The notes below the pieces were generated by a model. The model saw only the letters and a list, made by a program, of their open reading frames with translations, had not been told where the DNA came from and ran no database searches. A stretch of DNA of 64,000 nt, from positions 1-64,000 of the forward strand of contig QPMI01000062.1 in the NCBI GenBank assembly GCA_004431415.1, written 5' to 3'. Source of the stretch: Cyanophora paradoxa CCMP329 (taxonomy: Eukaryota; Plantae; Glaucophyta). Numbering within the stretch: the stretch's first letter is position 1; every line of letters starts with the position of its first letter. Below, one piece after another: positions 53,011-64,000 of the stretch. Made by a program: the position numbers and the translations under genes.

Positions 53011-53139
53011 GGCTGCCTGGGCTTTGATCTCAACGATCCACGCTTCTAATGCAGAGTGTATAGAGAAACGAAAGCAGGAAACTAGAGCACGGTGGGAGGC
53101 GCGGAGGAGCCTCGGAGGGTCACCGGATGCGGGCCGGGG

Positions 53140-56100
53140 TCAGGGCTCGCGGGAGCGGGGGCTCAGGGTCTCGCGGGGCCGGGTGTGGGCGTGGGGCGAG
53201 GCGGAGGGCCCGGGGCGCGGGTGCGGGTGCGGGTGGGCGTGGGCGTGCACATGGGAGCGGGAGAGCTCGAACTCGAGGACGGCGATCTGCTCGTCCTGCG
53301 CCGCCAGCTGCCCCGCCCCGAGTCAACTCGAGGGCCGAGGGTTCGACCCCAGGCCCGGGTACCACCCCACCTGGGACTGGGCGTGGCGGAGGGCGGCGCT
53401 CAAGTCCAGGCCGAGGTTCATGGCCTCGGCCTTGGCCAGCACCGCCCGCGCCTCCCGCTCCTCGAAGAGCTCCCGCCGCGCCGCCTCCGCCAGCGCCCGC
53501 GACGCCCGCGCCTCCGCCTCCGCCGCCTCCGCCCGCCGCAGCGCCGCCTCCGCCCCCGCCGCGATGCCCCGAGGAAGCCCCGCAGCTCCCGCGGCCCGCA
53601 GGAGCGCGGCGGCGCCTCGGGGCCCCGCCGGGGCCGCCCCAGCCGCCGGCGCGGGTGGCGACGGCGTGGGCCTCCTCGAGGGCGCGCCGGACGGCCCCGC
53701 GGCGGCCCCCTCGGCGGCCTCCGAGGCCCGCACGAGCTCCGCCACCGCCCGCAGCGCCTCCGCCGCCTCGTCCGAGTCCCCGCCCGCCCCGCCCCGCCCC
53801 GCCGGCGGGAGCGCGGGCGCGCCCTCGGCGAGGGCGCGGGCGCGGGCGGCGGCGGCGGCGCGGCGGGCGCGGGCGGCGACGCGGCGGAGGGCGCGGCCGC
53901 GGGCGTCGGCGAGGGCGATGAGCTCCTCGAGGGCCCCGCCAGCCCCTCCACCTCACTCTGGGCCCCCCGCCCCGTCGAACCGCGCCCCGTCCGCCTGCGC
54001 GGCGCCGGGGCGGCGGCGGGGCGCACTGCGAGTGACGGCGAGGCCGCGCGGCCGCTCTCCCCGGACGTCGTCCCTGAAGAGCGCGGCGGCTGCGGCCCGT
54101 CAGCCGCCGGCCCCCGGGGCGCCGCGGGGAGCAGGGGAGGAGGGGGGCGGACCGACGCCGAGGCCCGCGTGGGCGGCGGCGGCTGCGGGAGGCGGGGCGG
54201 ATCGGGAGGGTGTCGCGGGGGGCGAGGGGCCGGCAGCGGGGCCAGCAGCGGGGGCGGCGGGCTGGCCGTGGGGCGCTATGCGGGAGAGGACGGGGGCGAT
54301 GGTGTGGGAGACGGCAGTGGCGGCGGAGGAGACGTAGGGGGAGAGGGCGGCCGAGGCGGAGGAGACGTAGGGCGAGAGGGCCGCCGAGGCCGACGAGACG
54401 TACGACTGCACCACCGGCGCGTACGACTGCAGAAGCGACGCCGGCGGGGCCGCCGACGCGGAGGAGGAGGAGGAGGAGGAGGGGGCGGAGGGGGCGGCCC
54501 CGGCGGGCAGGGGCGTGCTATCGGGCACGATCTGGAAGCGGTGGAAGACGCGCTATCGGGCGAGAGCGAACGGAGCGGGGAGGCGCGGGCGCGAGCGGCA
54601 AGGGAGGCGCGGAACGGGGCGGCGAAAGGGGCGTGCAATTAGAGGCGGCCCGGCGGCTAGGGGCGCGCCGTGGAGCGCCAAGGGGCGCACCGGGGTGGGG
54701 GGCGCGGCGGGGGGCGCCGCGGGCATCTCCCTCGGGGTCTCCCTCGGGGCCTCGGGCGCCTCCTTGCCCTGCGCCCCCGCCCCCCTCAGAGCTCGCCCCG
54801 AGCAAGAAAGAGAGGAGCGGGCGGACGTTGGGGGCGGGGCCGTCGGGGGCGAGGGCGCCGCGGGTGCGGTTCTTCATGGCGGAGACGAGGGCGTTGAGGG
54901 TGCGCAGCTGCTGCTGCAGCGACGCGTTCTCCGCCCGCAGCGACGCGTTCTGCACCCGCAGCGCCGCCTCGTCCTTCGCGCCGCCCTCCTCCGGCCCCGA
55001 CGCCGACGCCGCCGCCGCCTGCTTCTGCGCCGCCTCCTTCTGCGCCGCCTGCATCGCCGCCAGCTGCGCCGCGAGGCCGGCCGCCGCCGCCTTGCCCTTG
55101 GGGACGGGGGCGCCGGGGGCCGGGGCCGGGCCGGGGCGGGGGCGGGCCCCTCGTGGCCGACGGCGGCGGCGATGACGTCAATGGCGGTGTCGCGCTCCTC
55201 CTTGAGCCCCGCCGCCTCCCGGTCGAGGGAGAGGAAGGCGTGCGCCTTGCGGTCCAGCTCCGCCTGCATCGCCTCCACCAGCTCCTCCTTGCCCCGCAGC
55301 TTCCGCCGCAGCGCCTCCGCCGCCTCCTCCGCCCCCGCGCCCGCGCCTCCAGCTCCGCCGCCGCCTCCTCCCGCCGCCGCAGCTCCGCCGCCGCGCTCGC
55401 CGCCGCCGCCTCGCGCTGCCGCAGCTCGCCGCGCAGCCGCTCGGCCTCGGCGCCGTGCTCCTTCTCCCTCCGCTGCGCGGCGGCCTCGCGCTCCTTGAGC
55501 TCGCCCCGCAGCCGCTCGGCCTCCTTCTCCGCCTTGGCCGCCGCCCCACGCGCCGCCTCCTCCTTCCGCCGCAGCTCCTTCGCCTGCTCCTCGTGCCTGT
55601 GCGCCTCCTCGCGCCGCCGCTCGGCGGCCGCCTTGAGCTCGGCCTCGAGGGCGGCGGCGTGGGCGCGGGCCTCGTCGGCGCGCTTGGAGAGGGCGCGGGC
55701 GCGCTCGGCCTCGGCGTGGCAGCGCGCCTCGGCGCCCCGGGCCTCCTCGAGCCGCCGCTCCGCCAGCGCCTCCAGCTCGCGCCCCCGCGCCTCCGCCCCG
55801 CCTTCTCCCCCGCCACCTTCCGCAGCTGCGCGGGGCGGCGCTCAGGCGAGCAGGCCAGCGGGCGGGCGGGGGGCGGCGGGCCTCGTCGTGGAGGCGGGCG
55901 GCCTCGTCGAGGAGCCGCGCGGAGTGCTCGCCCTGCGCCGCCTCCGCCACCCCGCACCGCCGCTCCGCCTCCTGCCGCCGCCCCGCCTCCCGCTCGAGAG
56001 CGCGCCCCAGGAAGGCGGCGGCGCCCTCGGCGATCGCGCGGTTGCGGAGGAGGAGGCGGTCCCGCAGCTGCTTCACGGCCGCCGTCGTCGCCGTGTTCGC

Positions 56101-59100
56101 GCGCAGGGCGAGCGGGAGGAAGAGGATGTCGCCCGCCGCCCGCCGCGCCGCCGCCAGCGCCCGCCGCGCCAGCCAGCCCCGCGACTCCGTCTGGAGCGAG
56201 ACGACGCGGCGGCAGAAGCGGGTCCAGGCGACGCGGGCGGTGATGGAGCGCCAGCGCCGCTGGATGCGCCGCGCCGCCGCGTGCCGCCGCCGCGCCACCG
56301 CGTACGAGCGCCGCGCACGCGATCCCTTCCAGCCTGCGGGCGCGGGCGGTGAGCTCTCCTCCTGCGGGGCGGGCGTGGGTTCGGAGGGCTGCCGCGCACT
56401 CGCTGCGATGGCGGCGGCGGCGCGGGTGGCGCGGAGGAGGACGCGGCGGCACGCGCGCATGCGGGCGACCGCCTGCAGGCCCCGCGCCGCGCGGTGCGCC
56501 CGCCGGAGGGCGGCGAGGGCGAGGCGCGCCGCCCGCGCGCGCCCCGCCGACTGGATGGCGATCGCGGCGTTGCGCACGCGGAGGAAGGCGCGGCGCAGCT
56601 TCCGCCCGCGGAACGTGGCCTGCGGCGGCGAAGGCCTCAGAGGAGCAGGGGGCGTCGCATCGCGGGGGGGGGCGGGCCTGGAGGGCGGCGGCGGCGTCGA
56701 AGAAGGCGCGGTCGCGGCGCTCCTCCAGCCGCGCCAGCTGCCCGAAGCGCAGGAAGACCTGCGGGGGGCTCGCCGCGCAGCGGGGCGGGCGGGGCGGGCG
56801 GGGCGGGGGGCCTGCCTTGGTCTTGCCGAGCTGGAAGGCCCCCGCGTCGACGCCGAGGGCGGCGACGAGGGCGCGGCAGTCCTCCTTCCGCCTCGACGCC
56901 GGCGCCGAGGCGGGCACGGCGCGCGGCGCGAGCGGCCGGAAGCGCTCCACGAAGTCGGCGAAGGGCATGCGGGAGGGGTAGCCGAGCTGCGCGATCTTCA
57001 CCGCCTCGAGGACCCCGCCGTAGCGCAGCTGCGTGAGGACGTTCGCCGGCTCGAAGCGGTTCGGCTCGCTCGCCGCCGACGCCTTGATGCACCGGATGAA
57101 GTGCGGCGCCGTCGCCGCGAGCGAGCGCATGAGGGCCCCAAGCTGCTCCTTGAACTGGCCCGAGACGGAGACGAAGACGGCCTGGCCCCGCTTGGCGCCG
57201 GGGCGGCCGGCGAAGCTCGCGCGGGCGGAGCCCGGGGTGCCGGGGGGCCCCGGGGCCGGCTCGGGCCCCGAGGAGGCGGAGGCGAGGGTCTCGTGGAAGA
57301 GGGAGCGGGTGAGGTCGTGCCGCGAGGCGCGCATGAGGGAGATCAAATCCGCGGGGAGGAGGTCCCGGTTCTTGTCGAGGAAGGAGGCGGCGGTGTAGAG
57401 GACCTCCCCCGCGAAGTGCCGGAACCCGAAGCCGGCGTCCGCGTCGTACTTCTGCCGCTGCAGCAGCCCGCTCTCCTTGTGCGTCGCCAGCAGCTTACGC
57501 ACGAAGCTCGCGTCGCCGCCCCCCGGGTAGAGGCACTCCTCGTCGAGGAGGGCGAGGAGGCCCATGGGCTTCTCGAAGAGGTCGACGGCCGGCTGGTTGT
57601 CGCGGTAGGCGACCTGGCTGATGTCGATGGCCTCCCGCGCGTACTCCTCCTGCTCCAGCTTGAACATGTGCGCGTTGAAGAAGAGCTGCAGCTTCTCGTT
57701 GCAGTAGTTGATGCACAGCTGCTCGAAGCTGTTCCGCTGCGCCAGGGGGGTTGGCCTCCTCCCTCTCTCTGTGGCTGCGCCGGGCCGGGAGCCCCGCGCG
57801 CACCTCAAAGACCTCGAAGCCGAAGATGTCGAGGATGCCGATCCAGCGGGCGCCGCCCGCGCCACTCCGCAGCTGCTCGTTGACGCGCCCTACGAGCCAG
57901 TCGAAGAGGCGCACGTAGATCGCCTTCGCGAGCGCGTCCCGCGACACCACGCTCTGCGGGGCGGCGGGGCCTCAGCGCCGGGCGGGGCGGGGAACGTCGG
58001 GGCGCGGCCTCGCCTCCTCGACGCTCTGGTTGTGGGTAAAGCTCTGCGCGGGGCGCCTCAGGAGGGCCCTCGGAGGAGGGGGCGGGCGGGCGGGGGTGCC
58101 TCAAAGGCGGCCTTGATCTCGCGCTTGCAGAGGGCGAACTCGAGGGCCGCGGGGGCGACGCCCAGCAGCCCTGCCGCCACCGCCGCCTCTGCAGAGAGCT
58201 GAGGGGGCGGCGGGGAGGGGACGGGACGGGGCGGGGCGGGGCGGACGGTCGGGGTTGGCGACGACGGAGGCGTCGTCGGCGGCGCGCGCCTCGAACTCCA
58301 CGTTGCCCAGGTGCAGCACCTGCCCGCCCCGCCCCCCCTCGAACCCGGCCCCGCCCGGGGGGGCGCGGCTGGGCGGCGCGGGGCGGGCGGACGGCGGCGA
58401 GGATGCGGAGGACGGCCTCGACCTCCTCCCCCGCCAGCCCGATCGTCCGCATCGCCCGCTGCCCCAGCGACGCTCGGCGCCCGGCGGAGGGGCGGGCGGA
58501 GGGCGGGGCGGGGCGTGGCGGACGAGGGTGCGGGCGAGGTCGGCGGCGTCGTCGACGCCGGCGATGCTGAAGCAGCGCCCGCCCCGCAGGTACCGGTACT
58601 CCTCCGCCCGCCCCAGCTGCAGCGCCTCTGCGCCCCGCGCCCGCTCGCGAGGCCCGCCGCGCCCGGGCGGGGCGTGGCGCCAAGGCAGCGGCGCACCGCG
58701 CTGCTCGGCGGAGGCCCCCGCGCAGAGCTGGTAGAAGATGTGGAAGCTGCGCTCGCCCTCCGCCTGGCCCACCACGCGCGACTTCTCCAGCAGGTCTGCC
58801 CCGCCCGCCCCCGTCACGCCCCGCGGAGCCCGAGCGACACCAGGGAGCTCACAGTGCGAGATGCGCCCGCCGGCGATCTGGTTCTTGCTGTCGAACTGGA
58901 TCTCTATGAACTTGCCCTGCGGCGCGCCCCCCGTCGGCGAGGCGGCAGGGTCGCGGCGCGGCGGCGCGCGGCCCGCGCACGAAGCGGGAGGAGTTGTTGT
59001 TGCGGTTCGTGCGGGCGTTGCCGAAGGCCTCGAGCAGCGGGTTCGACTCGAGGAGGGCCGCCTCGAGGCCCCCGACCCCGCCCCGCCCGCCCACCGCCGC

Positions 59101-60200
59101 GATGTACTGCATCACGAACTGCCGCCCGCGTCGGCCGCCGCCCGTGGGGCCCCTGCACGGGTCGCCAGCGGCGCACCTTTGTCGTCTCCGTCTTGCCTGC
59201 ACCGCTCTCCCCGCTGATGATGATGCTCTGGCTCTTGTTCTCTGCGCGCCGCCAGCGGCGAGGGGGACACAGTGAGCATCGCGAGCGGCACGCGCCCTCG
59301 AGCGGCGCCGTGCGCACCGCGGATCAAGCTGCGGTACGCCGCCTCGCCGACGGCGAAAGCGTGAGGCGGTTCCTCCCCTGGCGGGCGGTCAGCGGGAGGC
59401 GGCGCTGCGCCGCCGACGCCGCGCGGACCGAAGCGCTTGGACATGTAGCTGTGCAGTACAGTCTCCGTGTAAATCTTCAGCTTCTTAAAGGGGTTGATCG
59501 CGATGACCTGCGCGGCGCGTTCCGGACGCAAGCAACTGGTGCAACGTCACGGCGAACCAGAGGGCCAGTGTACGTCTGCCGCGGCGCACAGGACGCTCAG
59601 CTATGAGCAAGAATGCAGAAGAAAGAGCGGCGACGCACGTAGATATCGTCTCGCTTGAAGCGGTGGAGCAGATTGTGCAAGAGAGAGGGCTCGTTTCTGC
59701 ACACGGCACGCGGCGCAGCGTTAAACGACCACGCGATATCGATGTACGCGCCACAGCGCACTGTTGGCTAAGCTTCGCCATGTCCGGTGCGCCTGCGCTC
59801 GGGAGTTGACGTTGGCGTGGGTAGAACGGCGCCGGGGCCGTACCGAGGAGGCCGTGGGCGTCGGGGTTCGCAAACTTCCGACGCACCGCGACGTCAGGAA
59901 TTATGATGCGGCTGCGGCCGGCGTACCTGGAGCGTGTCCGCCCGGACTTCAACGGGTTCACCGTCTTCTTCGCCCTCGTCCTCCCACAGAACCTTGACCT
60001 GCTGGGCGTCTGCTGGCGCGTCTTTTGCAATCTTTGCGAGCCGCCATGGAAAAGTCGTCTGCCCCTGATCTGTGTCGACGGGCACCCAGACTCGAGCGTG
60101 CTATGTGGTTGTCAGCCGGCGGCGAGCGGCGGCGCCGCTGCGCGCAACGTCAACGCACCCGCAAGAAGCCCGCGGCGGGCTCCGCGACGGCCGACGCCAT
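53140..60200 (-). CDS. Myosin heavy chain (N-terminal SH3-like region, motor, IQ motifs, coiled-coil tail)
   Basis: RVWVP N-terminus, VIAINPFK, P-loop [63 protein letters not shown]. Several IQxxxR motifs and a long coiled coil. Confidence 0.95.
54325..54425 (-). repeat. 33-bp coding tandem repeat in the myosin tail
   Basis: [11 protein letters not shown] twice, followed by [10 protein letters not shown]. Confidence 0.7.
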
Positions 60201-60440
60201 TCGGGCGGCGCAGACAACTGCCTGTACCCAAGAAGTTTCCCTGTACCCGGACTAAGAGTCGAAAAGCGCTCTTCCGAGACCAGCGAGCCGCGCCGGGGTG
60301 ACGAGCTGTTCGTGAGAAAAGCGAAACGACCTGGACGGATTTCCGGCGATGCCATACCTCTCGAGGCGATCTTTCGCTAGCTAGGCCATCCGCATCCAGA
60401 GAACCGGGCCGATAGTGGCCAGAGTAGCGCGCACAGAGCG

Positions 60441-62482
60441 ATGGACACCGCCAGGATCTTCGCCCCGACGCCGTCGGCGTCTGATGTGCGTCCCCTCGCC
60501 GTCACCGGCCCTCTGCCTCCCCGCGCAGACGAGTGTAGCCGCTCTTACCCACTGATGATCGCCGTGTATAGCGCTCGATGCGGCTACAGCGCGTGAACGG
60601 ACTCGCATAGACGATTCGGGCTAGCGCTCGCCGCATCTGTCGGCATCTAACGATCGGCCCCTCCGCCGCAGTTCGATCCGGGCGCTTTTCGTGCCTACAA
60701 CAAGCGTTGGGCGATTCTCGCCATGTTCTCCACGATGACCTGCTTTTCCAACGTCATCTGCTTCACCTTCGCGTCCGTGAGCCACAGCACGAAGCAATTT
60801 CTGCAGACGGGCACGCTCTACACAAACGCTATGGTACAGATATACTTCGTAAGTTGCATTTCCCCGCATCAACCCTTCGGCCCCCGCCCGTGCTAAGCCG
60901 CTGCAGTTCTCCTACATCCCGCTTTCTTTCCTCGGGACGTACGTGTTCGTGAAGCGCGGCCTCCGCTTCGGGGTGCGCGCTTTGCAGCGCTGCATTTCGA
61001 CCGAGCGGCGCCCGAGCGAGCGCTGCGCGGCAGGTGCTGCTGGGCGGCACGCTGCAGGCGATCGGGGCGTGGGTGCGAGTCGTCGGGTGCTACCACGGCG
61101 GCTTCCCCGTCGTCTTCCTCGGGCAAGCGATCGCGTCCGTCGGGCAGCCCTTCTTCGTCAACTCGCCCCCGCTCGTCGCCGCCAACTGGTTCGGCGACCA
61201 CGAGCGCACGATCGGTGCGCGCTCCGTCGCCCCCGCGCATCCCCTGCGCCGACCTCTGCGCAGCGACGACGATCGGGGTGGACGCGAACGTGCTGGGCGT
61301 GGCGCTGGCGTTCATCATCGGGCCGAACGTCGTCTCGGACGCCTCGGGCATCCCCCGCCTCTGCCTCGTCATCGCCGTGGCGACCACCGTCTTCGCCCTC
61401 ACCGCCGTCCTCTTCTTCGAGTCCACGCCCCCGACCCCGCCCTCCCTCGCCGGTCCCGCCCCTCCCCCGCCCCCGCCCCGCGCCCCGCGGCACGCGGCGC
61501 CCGACGCGGGGCGGCAGCGGTCGTGAAGGAGGCCTCGGGCGAGGCGCACGAGATGCGTTGGTCCGAGTGCATCACCGTCTTCAGGTGCGGCGCCCCGCCC
61601 CGCCCCTCCTTCGCGTCGGTCCCGACGCCGGCCCCCCGCCAGGAACCGGGGGTTCGGGCTCACGGTGATGGGCTTCGCGATCGCCGAGACGGTCCTCAAC
61701 ATGATCCCCATCTTCCTCAACCAGATCCTCCTCCCCGAGGGCTTCTCCCGCGTGCGCGCGTAGCCCCCGTTCGCGCCGCGCCGCGCCGCCCCGGGCGGCC
61801 CCGCTGAGCGGGGCGTGCGGGGGCGGGGCAGCACTTCGTGGGCTGGCTGGGCGCCCTCTTCATCATCGCCGGCGTCGTGGGGAGCGTGCTGATCTCGTAC
61901 GTCGTGGACGGGAACCGGCGCTACAAGGGGACCCTCGTCGGCTGCTTCGGGACCTCGGCGCTCGCGATGGCCTGCTTCACCGTGTGCGTGGACCTCGGCA
62001 ACGCGGTCCCCGTCGTCTTCTCGGTCGCCGCCGTCGGCTTCTGCATCGGCGCCGTCGAGCCCGTCGGCACCGAGCTCGGCGTCGAGTGCGCCTACCCGAC
62101 CCCCGAGGCGACGGTGGCCGGCGTGCAGCAGCTCATGGGGCAGGTCGGCTCGCTCCTCTTCGTGCCCCTGCTGAACCGCCTGGAGGACCCCGTGACGCAC
62201 GACATGGACAACGCCAACTGGTTCCTCACCGCCACCCTCGCCTTCGCCACCGTCGCCTTCCTCTTCTTGTCCGCCTCCCCCGCTCCCCCCCCCCTCGCGC
62301 CCCGCGCCCCGCCTCACGTACGGGGCGGCAGCGACGGGGAGACGAAGCGGCTGGCGCACGAGAAGCAGGTGCTCATCGCCGTGCGCGCCGGCAGCGTCGA
62401 CTACGGCGGCGTCGGCTCCCTCCGCGGCGGCCGCGCCTGGCCGGGGCCCTCCGAGCCCTCGCCGCCCCCGGGCGACCCGTAG
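60441..62482 (+). CDS. MFS transporter, SLC49/FLVCR-DIRC2-like
   Basis: FRAYNKRWAILAMF, FLGQAIASVGQPF, VAANWFGDHERT, FFESTPPTPPS, ELGVECAYPTPE, and many TM helices. Confidence 0.9.
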
Positions 62483-63137
62483 CCCCCGCTCTCCCCCCTC
62501 CTTTCCCCTTTCAAGCCCCCCACGCGCGGCGCCCGGCCCCCGCTCGCTTTTTCAAGTAGGCAGTCTCATGATCACGCTCAGCGGCTCAGGACTAGTACGT
62601 TCGATCCGGCCAGGCGATGCTTCGGGGGCAGCGGGGGGGAGGGAGGGGGGGGGGGGGGGGGGGGGGGGGGAGCAACTTCCAGAACCCTTTCCCACTCGAC
62701 GACCTTCGTCGGCCGCCACCTGACAGCTGCAGGGCTTTGAACATGAGCCTCTACACCCCGGGCCCTCTTTTGCCCATTCATAGATTGCACCTGCGTGGTT
62801 TCCACTGAAAATGCCCTGAATAACTTAGTAAGCATTTATGTCAACCACAATGCAGACATCACGATGTACTACGGTATGAACTTCATCGCTTTCGCTTCCA
62901 TTCGTGCAGGCAGCCCCAGTCACTTCTGCTTTGTACCGATGCAATACCTATCGACCTTGTGGCCACGGCCCGAGGCGGCGTGAAGTGCTGAAACAACGCA
63001 GTATTGAAACAAAGTAAGAGTACAGTGCGGCCACTATGCCGCAGGGGAGTAGAGTGGAGGGGGGTGGAGCGGGGCGGAGTGGAGTGATGAAGGGAGACGA
63101 TGGGGAGGATGGGGCGCGGGGGGAGGGCGGCGCGGGG

Positions 63138-64000
63138 TCAGCGGAGGGCGGGGGAGTACTTGTTGCGGCGGAGGCGCTCGAGGAGCTCGAGGGCGGGGAC
63201 CTTGATCTGGAGGGCCTCGACGGTCAGCTGGAGCAGCTGGATGTCCTCCCCGATCCGCCGCTTCGCCGCGTGCGACGTCCCGAAGCGGTCCGTCCCGAAG
63301 ATCTCCACGAACTTGTTCGTGAAGCGCTGCACGATGGGCGGCACGACCGACTGCCCCCGCGCGCCGTCCGTCAGCTCGCTCGCTCGGGGGGCGCAGGGGC
63401 GGGGCGCCGGGGCGCACGGCGACGACGTCGTGGGGCACGATCGGCTCCAGCTCCGACTGCGCCTTCTTCAGCTGCGCCATGAACGCCCCCATCGGCTCGC
63501 TCGGCGTCCACGCCGGCTCCGCCGGCCCGTCCCACGGCCACTTCTGCTCCCCGCGCTCAGCAAGCGAGCTAACGAAGGGGAGGGGCGGGGCGGAGTGGGG
63601 CGGGCGCGCCATGAGGGCGCGCATGGCGTCGGAGCCAGCGGTGACGAGCATCTCCTCGGCGGCGCGGTGGAGCTCGCGCGCCGCCGCCTCGCACGCCGCC
63701 CGCGCCTCGTCGTAGCGCCGCAGCACCTCCGGCGTCGCCCGGTGCGCCAGCGTCACCTCGAAGTGCGCCCGCAGCCGCGGCGCCACCGCCCCCACCGCCT
63801 CCACGCTCTGCATCGCCACGCCTGCGCCCCGGCTCGCGCCGCGGCCCGGGCCCGGCGGGCGGGCGAGCGAAGGGGGCGGACCGAGCATGCGGTGGGTGAC
63901 CTCGGGGGGCGGCTCGGGGGCCTCCGCCGTCTGCGCCGCCTTCTTCCAGTCGAAGTAGGCCGTCGCCAGCTGCTCCGCCACCGCCCTCGCGAACGTCTGC
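63138..64000 (-). CDS. 3' end of an all-helical protein, possibly a CATCHR tethering-complex subunit (partial)
   Basis: Spliceable open frame running off the window edge (WTPSEPMGAFMAQL...IGEDIQLLQ), ending KYSPALR*. The family assignment is a guess. Confidence 0.5.

Noticed and set aside
62633-62669. Long poly-G tract (also poly-C at ~25906-25921)
   Set aside because: A simple homopolymer with no associated element or TSD visible.
62808-62820. 13-mer AAAATGCCCTGAA shared with 20940-20952
   Set aside because: The match does not extend, and one match of this length is plausible by chance.

Overview
Compact, very GC-rich, intron-dense nuclear DNA from a eukaryotic alga. The raw ORF track is mostly misleading because genes are cut by many ~45-80 nt introns, so I spliced the genes by eye. 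I can support 22 protein-coding genes: RPB1, a myosin, a LAMMER kinase, two DnaJ proteins, GalE, an SDR, a rhomboid protease, a DHHC palmitoyltransferase, an SLC49-like MFS transporter, an F-box protein, plastid-targeted ribosomal protein S1 and a DUF3007-like protein, plus several uncharacterised proteins. Plastid transit peptides with an early Phe (METAF..., MAALGF...) and a flagellar-type gene suggest a glaucophyte such as Cyanophora (inference). Most notable: (1) a box C/D snoRNA inside an RPB1 intron with a 14-nt guide complementary to the LSU rRNA sarcin-ricin helix; (2) an unusual splicing code, with many GC-AG introns, G[T/C][G/C]CGC donors, and introns with a C-rich 5' half and G-rich 3' half instead of a polypyrimidine tract; (3) a membrane protein with two copies of an unrecognised 8-Cys domain; (4) a longin plus roadblock-like fusion; (5) a palindrome-dense repeat island with CpG-poor flanks; (6) near-strict head-to-head gene pairing. 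Exon boundaries are by-eye predictions and no database searches were run.
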